Source of the DNA: Octopus sinensis
Taxonomy: Eukaryota
Length of the DNA: 64,000 bases
Assembly: GCF_006345805.1 (NCBI RefSeq)
Contig: NC_043009.1
Coordinates: forward strand, 61,628,001 to 61,692,000
Reading direction: 5' to 3'
Shown piece by piece: positions 14,077 to 28,400 of this stretch; the first letter of the stretch is position 1; every line of letters begins with the position of its first letter. The notes below the pieces were generated by a model that worked only from the letters and a program-made list of their open reading frames with translations, had not been told where the DNA came from and searched no databases. Made by a program: the position numbers and the translations under genes.

Positions 14077-14659
14077 TATATGGTAAGGAGTTTGGTTCTA
14101 GGTTCAATCCTGCTGTGTGGCTCCTTGGGCAAATATTTTCTACTGTAGCCTCAGGCTGACCAAAGCTCATCATATATGTATGTGTGTATTTATGTTATGA
14201 TTGCCACCCCCTGCTTGAAACATGTTGGTTGGTTTGTGTCCCTCATAAAATAGCTATTCAGCAAAACAAACCGATAGAATAAATACTGGAGTTGATTTTG
14301 TTCAACTGAGAACCCTTCAAGACAGAGCCCCAGCATGACTGAAATGAGTAAAAGCTAAAAGATATACACACAGACATACATATACATGTGGCAGGCTTCT
14401 CTACAGTTTCTGTTTACCGAATTCCATTTAACTAAATATTGGTTAGTCTTGGAGAAGAGACTTGTTTAATGTGTCCCATAGTAGAACCAAACACAAAACC
14501 ATGTGACTGTAGAATGAACTTCACCACGCAGCAGTGTCTGTGTCTTTAAAGCAACATTGGCTTTCTATTCTGACCTCAACCATAAAAACAATAAAATGTT
14601 TCCAAGTCCTGGAAAGGATAAAGTTTAAGACAACTACAGAAATTGAACTTCATCAGTTT

Positions 14660-14995
14660 GTGAAGGTGCATGGCTCAATGTTTACAGCATCAGGCCCACA
14701 ATTAGGAGGTAATGAGTTTGATTCCTGGACCACGCTGTGTATTGTGTTCTTGAGCAAGACACTTTATTTTATGTTGCTCCAGTTCACTCAGCTGTAGAAA
14801 TGAGTTGCAACATCACTGGTGCCAAGCTGTAGCGGCCATTGCCTTTCCCTTGGATAACATCAGTGGCATGGAGAAGAGAGGCTGGTAAGCATGGGCGACT
14901 GCTGGTCTTCCATAAACAACCTTGCCCGGACTTGTACCTGGGAGGGTAACTTTTTAGATGCAATCCCATGGTTATTCATGACCAAAGAGGGTCTT
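14660..14995 (+). mobile_element. tRNA-derived SINE (same family as 17884-18223 and 31548-31885)
   Basis: Head GTGAAGGTGCATGGCTCAATG..., body TTGAGCAAGACACTTTATTT, shared 3' region. Confidence 0.75.
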
Positions 14996-15039
14996 TTGTC
15001 AGTGTTAACTTGTATCCAAGTAGTAGATCTGTAGCAAGT

Positions 15040-15490
15040 GACGGCCCCTCTTCAGCTTGATTGGTGCAAAGGGAGCCAGTGCCTGAGGTGGCTGTTCAGA
15101 CCAAGGGTAGTATAGAAGAGCATTTATTGCAGGGGTCAGTTGGTGGGAGACAAGGAAGTGCAAGTGACACTTTGCATCTTTGACATTTGATCTCAGCCTC
15201 TTGAAAGCTGTTACTCTCCACCCGGTCTGTTCTTGTGAAGATGACATGTCACTTTGGATTGTTATTGGCGATTGTCCTCCAGGCATTTGGGTCAATGGGG
15301 CAGCAGAGGGGAGCTAGTCTCAGAAGTGGAATTTGGGGGGTTCCATGTGACCTGGGGCCAATTCCACAAAGAGGAATTGCCATGAGAGGCTTGTTTGAGG
15401 TATACGTATGATGTGCCCCAACCAGTGGGGGCAGCCCAGAGCAGAACCTCTTCATTGGTAATGTAGTCTTTCCATTGAATCCTCATGATT
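15040..15490 (-). mobile_element. RTE-like LINE 3' ORF remnant
   Basis: MRIQWKDYITNEEVL... followed by a frameshifted WAGHI/LPKQ.LYG-like region typical of RTE ORF2 C-termini. Confidence 0.55.
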
Positions 15491-15669
15491 GCTCAAAGTT
15501 TGTGCCAGCACCTATAGTTGTGCTTCTTTGTTGAACAGACCTGCTTAATCTGTCTTCTATGTTACAAGATTTAGGTAAGATTTTAATCCAGAACTGACTA
15601 AAATGATGAACATTCAACCACTGCCAATCCTGATAGATTAAGTCTAGCCACAATGTTCACTCTTTTACA

Positions 15670-16123
15670 TTAACACTTTCATTACCAACCTGGCTGAAAC
15701 TGGCTCTGTAGTACAAATGTTTTGTTTTCGTAAATTTTGAATTAAAATCTTCCACCAAACCTTAGCCACAATTTATGTTCCTAACACTAGCTGAATGATA
15801 ACTAAGTTATTTTACTAAATTCTTTGTTATATTTAAAGTAATTGAAAGAAACACAGAGCATCTCAACAGAAATATGGTAACAAAAGGGTTAAAATATATA
15901 AGAGAAACCATTCTTAATCCTTTTGATACCAACCCAGCTGAAAGGGCTTCTGGCTCTGTAATACAAAAGTTTTGAATTAAAATCTTCCACCAAACCTTAA
16001 TCACGATTTGTTTCTAACATTAGCTTAATGATAACTAAGTCGTTTTACGAAATTCTCTATTATATTTAAAGTAATCAAAAGAAACAGAGCTTCTCAAAAT
16101 AAATACAGTAACGAAAGGGTTAA
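15670..16123. mobile_element. Two adjacent piggyBac-type MITE copies
   Basis: Each ~220-bp unit ends GTAAC(G/A)AAAGGG|TTAA and matches the intact copy at 59994-60215. Confidence 0.7.
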
Positions 16124-16809
16124 CCGGTTTCCAATATGGGAGTAGCCACACTCACATGTCTGCTGTCTCTCTTGACTACTGAAGAGCAATTACATTTCTG
16201 TCCTGCCATCATGATGTTGATGTGGGAGTATCTATAGCAGTAGACCTATTTCCTTACTGCCCACAAGGGGCTGAACACTGAGGGGACAAACAAGGACAGA
16301 CACACGGATTAAGTCGATTATATCGACCCCAGTGCGTAACTGGTACTTATTTAATCGACCCCGAAAGGATGAAAAGCAAAGTTGACCTCGGCAGAATTTG
16401 AACTTAGAACGTAGCGGCAGACAAAATACCACTCAGCATTTCGCCCGGCGTGCTAACATATCTGCCAGCTCGCCGCCTTAGCAGTATTCCTACCCTACAT
16501 TAATGCTGGAGTAGGAGTAGCAACAGTTCCATATCTGCTCCACATTATACCCTGCCACCCCAGAATCTCTGGCTCAAACTTCCCTGTTTTAAAGCGATCC
16601 AAATTAAAATCTTCCATCGAAATTTTTTGTGAATTCTTGTTCAAAACACAAGCTCGATAACAACAAGTTATTTCACTAAATTCCTCATTATTTTCAAAAC
16701 AAATTGAAACAAAGGCAATGCATTTCAATAGAATATAGTAACAAAAGGATGAACTACATGCAAGAGCGGCAGGGAAGAGTAATGTCCCCTTGTTCAAAAT
16801 ATAGAGTCA

Positions 16810-17120
16810 GATTTCGTTTTGGGATTTGGTTTGCAAGATTCTTTATATGAGTTCGTGTGTTGAAGCATATTCTGTTGTGTCTGGGGAGAGTCATTTTCTT
16901 TTTGTACCTTATAATATAACACACTCATTGGTAAAATTTCCACCTTTTTCTTATTTTTATTTTCCTAAGATTTTCGTTGCATCTTGCAACCTTTTCAAAA
17001 GTCTTGACTCTGTCCGTTATTTACACTGCAATGGACAGAGTCAAGACTACTGAAAAGGTTGCAAGATGCAACGAAAATTTTAGGAAAATAAAAAATAAGA
17101 AAAAAAAGTGGAAATTTTAC
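16810..17120. mobile_element. Small foldback element (Penelope-terminus-like) with hammerhead-like motif in each arm
   Basis: Inverted arms at 16931-17015 and 17033-17120. A second family member lies at 37686-37947. Motif (T/C)TGAAAAG-GTTGC-loop-GCAAC-GAAAATTTTAGG. Confidence 0.6.
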
Positions 17121-17883
17121 ATTGTTATATATGTGGATATACACACACATCTCTCATATAAAATCCGTTGTCTGTGTGTGTGTGTGTCTTCTAGGATCTC
17201 GGGCATCCTCCATCCGATTGCGCTCAAATTTGATATGTAGATACCGACGGTATCAGGGCGTGTATAAGTCTTGAATAAATTACAGAAATCGATTCCAGGT
17301 GAGAATGCGATCAATAAAGCATTCTTTGGAATAGAAAAAAAAAGTCCATCTTTATTTCTTCTTTTGCTGGTGTCTCAAGTTTAGGTTAAATCAGTGTTTC
17401 TATGGGACGGTCGGACAAGTTGTTTTGAGAAAATTTGGTTTAAATGTTTGACAACTCAGCACCGTCCAGTGGACGGGGGGCGGGCGCTTTGCTCGTATAT
17501 ATATATATCGCAATTGGTACGTACGTTCCAGAGATCCAAGTATCGCAAGTCAGGAAGTTTCGAGCATTTATGCAACTAGTATAGATGAGAAAAGATGGAC
17601 AATATATGATAAAACGTTTATTAACATCTAAGTTACAGACTTTGTAAGGGATTTCAATAATCCGATGGTCATCATACAATTCAGAGTTTAGCAACGAAAG
17701 TTATACAGTAATCCCTCGTTATATTGCGGTTTATGATTTAAGCTTACATCGATTCCCTTGTGGTACTGTTTTGCATTTATAATAAAATACATATATGCAA
17801 ATTATTAAAAAAAAACATAGTACAGTAGTCTCTACTTTGCGGATTTTCAACTATTGCGGGAGCTTTTGGAACGTTATGTATAC

Positions 17884-18223
17884 ATGGTGACCCCCTTCGG
17901 TCAGACACTGACCATGGGTTTGCACCTAGAGAGTTACCCTCTGAGGCACAAGTCTGGGCAAGGTTGTTTATGGAAGACCAGCAGTCGCCCATGCATACCG
18001 GCCTCCCCTCTCCACGTCACCGATGTTGTCCAAGGGAAAGGCAAGGGCCGATACAACTTGGCACCTGTGACGTCGCAACTCGTTTCTACAGCTGAGTGAA
18101 CTGGAGCAACGTGAAATAAAGTGTCTTGCTCAAGAACACAACACGCAGCCCGGTCCGGGATTCGAGCTCACAACCTCACGATCGTAAGCTCGACGCTCTA
18201 ACCACTGAGCCACGCGCCTTCAC
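17884..18223 (-). mobile_element. Young, CpG-intact tRNA-derived SINE
   Basis: The minus strand has an A box (TGGCTCAGTGG) and a B-box-like GCTCGAATCCC. CpGs are retained relative to the copies at 14660 and 31548. Confidence 0.85.
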
Positions 18224-18439
18224 ATATATATATATGTGTGTGTGTTTTAGAAGTATTGGGGATGATGTACAGATTTAATATATATGAAAGAAAAAAGATG
18301 TTCAGAATGCTGGATGGTTGTAAAAATATATATTTATTTACATATCTTCATATTAGCGCTTTCAACTAATATGAAGATATGTAAATATATATATATTTTT
18401 ACAACCATCCAGCATTCTGTACATCTTTTTTCTTTTATA

Positions 18440-18474
18440 TATATATATATGTGTGTGTGTGTATATGTATGTAT

Positions 18475-18507
<33 letters not shown>

Positions 18508-18810
18508 GTATGTATATATATATATGTATATTTATATATATATGTATATTTATATATATATGTATATTATATATATATGTATGTATATATATATATGTAT
18601 GTATATTTATATATATATGTATATTTATATATATATGTATATTTATATATATATAAATATACATATCTATATAAAGATATATATATATATATGCATATAT
18701 ATATGTATATATCTACATACATGTATATATATATATATGCATGTATATCTATCTGTCTATCCTTGTTGCTTATATATATACAGTAATCCCTCGACTATAT
18801 ATATATATAT
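18440..18810. repeat. Complex (TA)n/(TATG)n microsatellite with ~18-bp higher-order unit TATATATATGTATATTTA
   Basis: Directly visible; it is the source of the spurious YIYI ORFs. Confidence 0.9.
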
Positions 18811-19172
18811 AAGAGAAGCGAGTACGCTGAAGGAAGATGAACATTGCCTGTGCTACTTTGTACCGCATCGAGATTGAGGTCCAACAGTTAAACCCAACCA
18901 AGAACCCCAAACTAGAAAACTACGTAAAAATACTAAAAAAGCCTTCGAGAAGAGAGAGAAGAGAATGCAGAGAAATCAAAGGAGATATCGAGAGGGCGGG
19001 GGGAGGGGTGTCGTTATCTGGGACGATGATTGGACGTTTTATGAAGCATGTGACCACCATCCGCCAAAAGATGATGGGTAGGGTCAATCGAAATTGTCGC
19101 ACCTGCGCAGTTGCCGTAACCGATCGTCTCCCTCCTTCCCCCCTCCCTTCCACATTCCTTCTCGTTCTCGCA

Positions 19173-19212
<40 letters not shown>

Positions 19213-19389
19213 TCTCTCTCTCTCTTTCAATTAATGTTGGTTTGTGTCGAGGAGTGGAACACCAATCTTCCGGGGGACCAGTTTGTTATCTTTTGCTCTG
19301 CTTTTAAGACCGAATCGAAACAGGACTGTTACGGAAGGAAAAAGCCATCTGCTAAATCGTAGCCAGACCAATATATCTGTTTCAACAAT
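18811..19389 (+). promoter_or_regulatory. Putative FKBP12 promoter/5'UTR (locally CpG-retaining, (CT)n tract at ~19177-19226)
   Basis: CpG-enriched, TE-free segment directly upstream of the ATG at 19390, with an ATTGG (reverse CCAAT) at ~19029. Confidence 0.45.
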
Positions 19390-19426
19390 ATGGGCGTTAC
19401 AATTGAGAAAATTGTTGAAGGCGACG
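19390..19426 (+). CDS. FKBP12: FKBP12 exon 1 ([13 protein letters not shown])
   Basis: ATG at 19390, 37 coding nt, donor G|GTAAG. Confidence 0.93.
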
Positions 19427-22400
19427 GTAAGAAAAACCGAATCTGGCTTGTTATTGTTCTTTTTACTGTTGTTATATATGTATATAGGTTATATATAAAG
19501 CACATATGTATGTATGTATACATATATATATGTGTGTGTGTGTGAGAAAGAGATTTATATAGGCTATATATATATATAGGTTATAGATCTCTATCTATCT
19601 CTATATACAACGCATATAGAAATCGTAACAGTGATCATTGAATTGACTCCCGAATCAAAGATACAGGTTCGATCCTTCGTGGGAAGAAAACTATTTTTCA
19701 CCTACATTACTTGCCCTCACAAAGAATTCGGGGGCTAATGCAGTAGCCCCAATTTTCATCAGAAATTATTATTTCAAATATCGCCGAGGTCCACGTTGCC
19801 TTTCTTTTTTTTTACTGGGGTATATAAAACAAGTACTAAGTCAAGTACTAGGGTAGCTTTAGACTACTATTTCCTCCCACCAAATTCGTGGCCGTGAGCC
19901 AATGTTAGGAATTATTATTATTGTTGTGAACTGGCCTAGACAGTATGGTTGTTACTGGACTACATTGTTGCTGCATCTAATTTCGTTCCTAAGTTCAAAA
20001 CTCACTGAGAATGACTTTAGCCTTCAACTCCATCCGATGATCGTCAACAAAATGTACTGGAGCCAACTTGATCGGTTGTTAATTATTCGTCCTCTTGTAT
20101 GCATAGTCAAAACGAAATATTTACCATAATTATCACTACCTCTAAAACCATAAATCACTATAATCATCATCATCACTATCATTATCATTACCGTCATCAT
20201 CAATTCTTTCCCCCTTCATCATCGCCATCATTTATCACCACCAGCTGCATCACCATCGTTATTTATCATTATCTCCAAGAAGATAGATAAAACATCGGGA
20301 AGAGAGAGAGTTGTAATTTGTGTAGTAACTACTTCATTGCGGCATTATTCCGAGTTGAAATCATGTAGGGAACCAACCTTTGTTGCTGTTTTTATCATTC
20401 GGGTAACAGGGAAGATTAAATGCGAAGGATCTTCAATTTCCTTGACTAAAATTGCCCTTTCCTATGCATTAAGAAACGGGCATTGTTCTTAATGAAACAA
20501 CTTTTTGGTAGATGGAGCGCCCGATTAGTTACACTATTTTAGTCTATATATTTTGACCCAACAACATGGTGACAGTAATAGTAGACTGACAACAACATTA
20601 GATTGATAGTAACAGTCTATGGACAATCATGTTTGGATACCCTTCGTCCTTTTCCTTTCTGGGGTTGATAAAATAATGTCCTAATCAACTGGAGTCAGAA
20701 GATCTTGACCGCCGGGATGGCAAGCGTCCCTGACGGAATAACCTTCTTCTTTATAGGATAGAGGCAAATCTCTAGTCTGGGGCGTGACGCGCTGGTACGT
20801 CCTACGGCTCCAACCTTGATGCATCGGCCTCAAATCCAGGTGTCGTAACTCGGAGGAGAGGAAAATAAACAAATACAGGAGTCTCTGGTCGGCCACTATC
20901 TGCTTTTGCCAGTTGCCATCGACATCTCAAGTGCTCTCCGAATCCGCACTGCTGGTTAACCCAGCAAAATCGGTATAAACTGCAGTCCGTCTGAGAAATG
21001 ATCCTCGCGAGGTAGGGTGGCTGTTGCAGCGATGTCGCTGGCCTTTCTCCGCGACAACGCTCTGGCATCTGGCGAGGTGTGACTGAACACACCATTCTGG
21101 TCTGAGTTGCGCAACCTGTTACTCCCTCCCTTCCATGTATTGTTGCTTAACCCCGCCTCCCTTTTCCTGTTATTTCTTCCTTGGTGAGCTCTGGGTTTTT
21201 TCTCTGTAATTTTGATCGTTTATACTGTTAGTGTTTTTCTTTCTTTCTTTTCTTCCTATAAAAAGTATCTGAATTAATTAATAGATAAAAGAAAATTTTC
21301 AAACGTGCTGCAGTTGAAACAAAGTGTGCGTTTTTGTGCAGTATCTTGTTACGGCACTTTATCTTCATCCCTCCTCGGTTGAAAAAGTAAATAAATACCA
21401 AACTTTGGGGATGGGGGTCCTTCTAATCGACTGTATTCTGCCATCCAAATTTTCTGGCCTTGTAGGGCATCGGGAAAGATTCCTTTTAATATTTGTACTG
21501 AGTTCAAATCCCGGCGAAGTCAGCTTTGCCTTTCATGGTTGATGAAATGAAGCACCAGTCAAGGGTTGACTAACCCCCTCCCCTCAAAATTTCTGACCTT
21601 CTGCCGAAATTAGTAATATTCCTCCTATTAGTAGAATCTTACAACAACACCACACACTGTGCTCTCAATGATAATCTTTAGATTTTGTTTGTTGTTTAAT
21701 ACTAGGTCAACCCTGTTTACGCATGCTTATGATCACTGGCATTCCAACTGCGACCATCCTTTTACCAATGTTCTAGGAGTCCAGGACCACTTTATTCAAC
21801 GAGTTTTTTTCTAAGAATGTAGGGTGTGATTTGAGAGGGATTGGCCTCTATTTCTAACATATTGAATGACCAAGTAGAGCAGACATGGGCAACCTTTTTC
21901 TAGAAGCAAGCTGCAGGAGATATGACTCATCATCAGGCAGGCTGTGCTACTAAAAGTTTTCGTTGGGCATGTCGTTCAGAAAGAGTCCTACGGGTCGCTG
22001 GTTGCCGACGACTCATGTAGGGCTTTTCTCATTAACTTTTGCTTTGTTTACGTATAATATGTTCATCCAGTTTAAAGAAATTATTTCATTTTGTTCAGTG
22101 AAATAAACTGGAATCAGGGTGGTTTTTTCTCACATTATCAGTTTTAGTTAAGATAACAGTTATCTATCCTACATATTTATCCAGAGTACTTCAGTCTTTT
22201 GATTAGCTAGAAATAACAGTAAAATCTTCAAATCACGTCCTGTTGTCTTAAAAAAGGGAAGGTCACATTGTCCAGTATAGTCTCAGATATTCTTGAAATA
22301 AAGTGATAACCACAGCTCGAATGCTTTGGATTGTTGGCCGGCTCAGTCAGGGATTCCCTTGGCACTGAGCAAACAAGGGAGTCTCTCTCTGCTTGCTACG

Positions 22401-25400
22401 AATAGCTGTCTTCTTGAGTGCTGGACACGCGACTCTCCAAGAGACTACTTGACAGCAAACTGATGGAAAGCAAGCGCATGCAAAGTGGACAGAAAAAGTG
22501 CTTCAAGGACACACTCAAAGCCTCACTGGTAAGCTTTGTGAGGAAACCTGACACTTGGCAAATACAAGCACAAGACTGTCCTACCTGCTGAGGTTGCACC
22601 AACAGAGGTGCCATCTCCAGTGAACAGGACAGGATTGCAAAGGCACAAAGAAAACACAAACTGGGCCAAGTCCAGAGCCAATTCCTTGCCTTCGGTCCTA
22701 GCAGACCACCAGTGCCTGACCCTATAGCAGAACCTTCTGAGCACACATTGGATTGATTGGCCACAGCCAAACACATGTGACCTGTCTTCTCCATGTGATA
22801 CCCTTGGTCATCATCGACAATGATAGACGAACTAATAATGATGATGATAATAATACTTTCTACTAAAAGGCTGGAAATTTTGGGGGAGGGAGCAAGTTGA
22901 TTACATCAACCCAAGTGCATAACTGGTACTTATTTCACTGACTCCGAAAGGACGAAAGGCAAAGTCGACCTCAGCAGAGTTTTAACTCAGAACATAAGGA
23001 CAGACAAAATGCTACCAAGCATTTTGCCTGGCATGCTAACGATTCTGCCAGCTTGCAGTCTTAATAATAATAGATCTCAATAGATGTAATAGATATCTTT
23101 AAAAAAGGACATATTGAAATCTATCAACATCAATGGAATTTGTAGCCGTGATACCAGTGCCGGTGGCACGTAAGAGAACCATCCGAACGTGGCTGTAGCC
23201 AGCGCCGCCCAACCGGCCTCCGTGCCGGTGGCACGTAAAAAGCACCATCTGACCGTGGCCGTTGCCAGCTTCGTCTGGTCCCCGTGCCGGTGGCATGTAA
23301 AAAGCACCGTCCGATCGTGGCCGTCTGCCAGCCTCGTCTGGCACCTGTGCCGGTGGCACGTAAAAAGCACCCACTACACTCATGCAGTGGTTGGCGTTAG
23401 GAAGGGCATCCAGCTGTAGAAACACTGCCAGATCAGACTGGGCCTGGTGCGGCCTTCTGGCTTCCCAGACCCCAGTTGAACTGTCCAACCCATGCCAGCA
23501 TGGAAAGCGGACGTTAAATGATGATGATGATGATGGATATTGTAGTGTTAGACATATAAATTAATGAAATGATTATTTTTTGATGTTGATCTACCATAGA
23601 ATCAAAGATCTCAGTGCTTTAGATGAGTTGTGTCATCAACATGGGTACATGCTGTACAAGAGTAACTCTATCGACAACATACACATACTATACTAGAATC
23701 TTGAGATATATCTGCATTGTACATCAAATCACAAGCAATATTAACACTATACATGAATCTCTATATATAAAGCTGAAGTTGTCTGTGTATGGTAGGTTTG
23801 GTAGCCTTCAACTAACAGTATCTCCTCCGAGACCCTGCAGCGCAAGTTGACCAAAATTGAGAGTATGATAGAAGAAGGCTTGCTCTTCCTTCCATAGAAG
23901 AAAAAATTCAAATCTGACCATGTTAACACCAAAAATTATATACAACAAAAAGGTGCTTTTTTTCTATGAAAATCCCTATTCGTTACGATTTTTTGACTGC
24001 TGTGTTGCCATTTTTCGGTGTATTTCAACCAGAAAAATGTTCACTTAAAGAGTATAACAAGCTACATAATGCAAAATTTTTACTTTCCAAAAATTCCAAT
24101 TCTAAAGGGTTGAAACAAACCCGAGCAACGCCGGGCGATACTGCTAGTATTGTAATAATGTCACTGAAGTATAAGGCAGCGAGCTGGCAGAAACATTAGC
24201 AAGCTGGGCGAAATGCTTAGTTGTATTTCGTCTGTCTTTACATTCTGAGTTCAAATTCTGCTGAGGTTGACTTTGCCTTTCATTCTTTCGGGGTTGATAA
24301 ATTAAGTACCAGTTGTGTACTGGGGTCCATCTGATTGACTGGCCCCCTCCGCCAAAATTTCGAGCATTGCAGCTAGAAGTAGAAAAGTAAAGTCGCTAAA
24401 GTTATATCAACAACATGCATGCTGTAGAGTCAATAGCTTCTCTTTTATTCTTTCACTTGGTTCAGTCATTTGATTGTGGCCATACTGGAGCACCACCTTA
24501 CAGGGTCTTTTAGTGGAAGATTTCGATCTCAGGGCTTGTTCTTTGTAAGCCTAATACTTATTCTATCAGTGTCTTTTACTGATCTGCTAAGTTTGCTTAG
24601 CTATGTCAATTATATACATACATACTGTAGTAGACTTACTTTTGCCGAACTGCTAAGTTATGGGGATGCAAACACACCAGCATCAGTTGTCAAGCGATGT
24701 TAGGGAGACAAATACATCCATACACACACACACGATGGGCTTCTTTCAGTTTCTGCCTACCAAATCCACTCTCAAGGCTTTGGTCGGCCCGAGGCTATAG
24801 TAGAAGATACTTGCCCTAGGTGCCACGCAGTGGGACTGAACCCAGAACCATGTGGTTGGTAAGCGAGCTACTTACCACACAGCCACTCCTGCATCTATTT
24901 GTTTTTACCAAAAGCAAAACAGCCTCGACCACGAAAGCAATTTATGACTTCCATACAAATACGCGTATAGTATGTATGGAAACAACAATATCAAGGTCAG
25001 CCATGTTCAGGCAGGCACACATTCATTCATTCTGCTTGTTGTTGGCAGAGGTAATTGCGTTCTGAACTTCTCTGTGTTGTTTTTAGTCTGGCTTTTATAT
25101 ATTCATAACCACTTTCACTGTTGTTTCAGTCACTCCCTAAACAGAAGCTGTCAACTACCTCTCGGTGGTTGTCTTCTAGGCTTTTGAAAAGCATTTAATG
25201 AATGTTCTTACTACTAACTACTTCTGTGCATCTGCTGCACATGAACTTGTTCTTTTCCTCTCAGCCAACCACAGCATCTCTTGGTGACTTTTAGTTTACG
25301 TTGGATGCACAGTATGGAATATAGAATTTCTGCACCTTGAATTGCATCTCTATTTCTTGATGGCAGTAGAGTTGTGTATTCTTTTCTGCTAATCAAGACT

Positions 25401-28400
25401 TTTATTTTTTTTGCTTTGCTAGGTTTACAAGATGGTAAATTCAGTGTTGCAGAACTGAAGCTTAGGTACAGGGTACCTTAAAATCCTAGCAAAGTAAATG
25501 CCAAATTTCTTTGCATGACTGAAAATGTCTTGCAGAAAATATAGAATTGCTCTGCTTGAGAAGACATGTCAAGCTAAGTGAAAAAGAGGGTGTGGCCAGT
25601 CTAGCTCTCCACCTTACCATCTCCAGTCTTCTTTCTTGTCTTGAGCTGGCTTCATTCACCCCGGGTGGGTTGAACTGACTTCATTCATCCTCAATGCTGC
25701 ATCTCTCACAAACGCCGACCAAACCTGGCGATTTGAGGCTAACGACCGCGTGATCTCCAACCACTCCTTATTCCAGTGGCGAATGCCGTACACATGGGAG
25801 CCTAGGTTGGGTTCCAGATCAGCCTTGACTGTCATCAGCCAGGTTTTTCGTTGTCCACCACATCACTTTTGCCAACCCTGAAGGGGAGCTGGGGCAATTG
25901 CTTCGTAGATGAATTCTCCTGGTTGACGACGGAGAGCATGACCCAGCCAACGCAGACGTCTCATTAGGATGACTTGTCGGAGGGAGGTGATTTTGCACTG
26001 GTATCACACTGAATTGTTGGAGACAAAGTGATGTCATCAGACACGAAGGATGCGGCACATCCTTCGTGTCCGATGGCATCACTTACCATCTCCAGTCAAT
26101 CTGTCTAACCCATGCCAGCATGGAAAATGGACGTTAAATGATGATGAGAGAGAGTATGATCTCACCTGCCACCCGGGACCTACATGGCCACTACTAGCCA
26201 GAGTCAGACAGCGGTGGAAGGAGTCCAGGGAGGGATTCCTCCTTTGGGAGGGGGTGAAGCCCTGGATAAGAATAAGGAAGGTTTACTTTTAGATCAGGAA
26301 CTTTTCCTCTGATTCTTTAACTGATTTATTTACAAGGTCATTGATATTCAAGGGTGCCACCAGGCAGCCTGTCTTCAACTGCTCTGCTGTGATCTAGGAA
26401 ATTATGGTAAAAGAAGAAGACTGAGGAATGCTTAGCTGTGTCTTTACATTTCCCCAGTCACCCCGCAAAGCCATTAAAAATCAATAGAAGTGACTTTTTT
26501 GTGAATTTTCTTTCCAAAACCCAATCAAAATGCCCGAAACTTGATACGCCAATTGAATGCCAGCTAGCTGTATGTGATTGGTCAGAGATTTGGACAGTAC
26601 TCGCGTGTATGTGCGCACGCACGCAGCTGTATATGCATGCACTAGCACTATGACCTGGCATTTCCGGGTCATAGTGCTAGTTCTAAAATAAATAATCACG
26701 TCATTGAAGTCTCCAAGCTATGAGATAATGCATGGTTAATTCAAAACAATGTGGATAAATAAGCATTAAATTTGACAAAGTTACCTGAATGCTAAAGGAC
26801 TAAAGGTATGTCTAAGTTACCAATGTATTATCACACTAATAAAAACACATGGCTTATCAGGGGCCTTTTTTCTGATTGTATTATTTTCACAAAGTATTAC
26901 AAAAAAAACTTCACCCACGTCTCTAACTGTTGAGTAATTAATCCTGAGGAAATTGAGTTACACATTGTAAGCGAAAGAATACTAGACACTATCATGTGAG
27001 ACTGTGTCTAGGTTAACACTGTGCCAGTGTTGTCTTAAAGGCATGGGCGCTGTATACAGCTATCTGGGGACCTCTTGAGTTTAGGGACCCAGTTCTGATC
27101 TATGCGTAGTGTGCCTTGCTATCAGTAAATAAATACTTTAGGGCACACTGTATTGATTTGCCTGGAGGCCTACAATGCTGCTAAGATGGCCCCGTACCAT
27201 GGATATGTAACAGTGTCACCATTGAAACATTTAAATGACATCTAATTGTAGATTTATGCAGTTTGACATAGATTGAAAATGTTTATCAACTTATAACAAA
27301 AAGAACCAAACAAGCTTTTTACAAACAGGTTTGATGAGATATCTCACTAAATTAAATATAGATATGATAATGAATGCATGGAAATTCTTGTTGTTTTACA
27401 ATGATTCCTACAGGATTAAAATAAGCAAAAGCCTCTTCAATGTATTTACGGGCAACTGCGACAGAACAGAAATAGTGGAGCTGTGCATCCTAAGCAAGCT
27501 AAAAGTAGGGGAGGCTGACATAGGTTTGTACAGAGATGATGGACTAGAGATAATCCTTAACAGAAACAGATACAATATGGTCTTCTTGTTATGTTTGCCA
27601 GCAGTTGCTTGTAGTTCAGATGCTTTGTTCTCCCACCATGGGTTCTTTGTAGCTGATGACTTGGCTGAATTGTACTCCTTATGGGCAGAGTACATTTTGT
27701 CAATGAATTTTGCAATGGCCTGATAGTTCTCGTTGAACAAATCCTGATGTTTGTGCTTGGCAAAGCCAAGAACTTCAGACACTGTCTCACATGTAAGTTG
27801 CTTTAAGCTCTTTCTGTATTGTTCAATACTCAGTTTCATCTGATATGCTGTCCAGAACTTTACCCAGGTTCTGCCCTAGTTCAGTGCTCTTTTCCTCTAT
27901 CTTGTGTGCTAATACACGGGGCCTCTTTATAGGTTTGGTTCTGTGTCCAAGTTGTTTAGCTGTATATATTATGGACACGATGCACCTGACTAGCCTGTCA
28001 TCTGGCAATCTGCACCACTGAGTGATCTGGTAATGTAAACATACTTTTGGTCTCCATGCTGTACAATCACATAATCTAATCAGATACCAACCTTTTGATT
28101 TAGGGTGCATCCAAGTTATTCTGTGTTTGTTGGCATGTTGGAAGACTGTACATAATTCTTAGTTTGAACTTTCTGAATTTCGTCAGGAAGAGGTAACCAT
28201 TAGAATTCTCCTTTCAAATGCCATGCTTCCCTAGTATTCCTTTCCATGTAGAGTCATCCTTACCAACTCTAGTATTAAAGTCACTTGTGACAATTAACTT
28301 GTCTTTGTACAGCACTCTTGTAATTCCTGGAGTCATCATAGAAGGCTTCTTTGGATTCCTCTGTGTGGGTTATGGTTGATGTATAGGTATTTATGATGGT

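Noticed and set aside
18150-18223. tRNA-like sequence with A/B boxes (also 43235, 53567, 53852)
   Set aside because: These are SINE heads continuing into SINE bodies; no complete cloverleaf acceptor stem.
18284-18877. 197-aa ORF and other YIYI/CVCV ORFs (e.g. 9502-9787, 10089-10446, 29621-30128)
   Set aside because: Translations of (TA)n/(TG)n microsatellites; no coding signal.
18837-19307. 156-aa ORF upstream of FKBP12
   Set aside because: Runs through the (CT)n tract in the promoter and has no recognisable domain.
20690-21200. GC/CpG-rich segment with overlapping minus-strand ORFs in FKBP12 intron 1
   Set aside because: No recognisable protein or RNA motif. It is probably a TE fragment, but this cannot be supported from sequence alone.
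23150-23380. Regularly spaced GTGCCGGTGGCACGTAAAAAGCACC repeats resembling a CRISPR array
   Set aside because: The spacers are homologous to each other, the array is internal to a dispersed SINE-like family, the context is eukaryotic and there are no cas genes.
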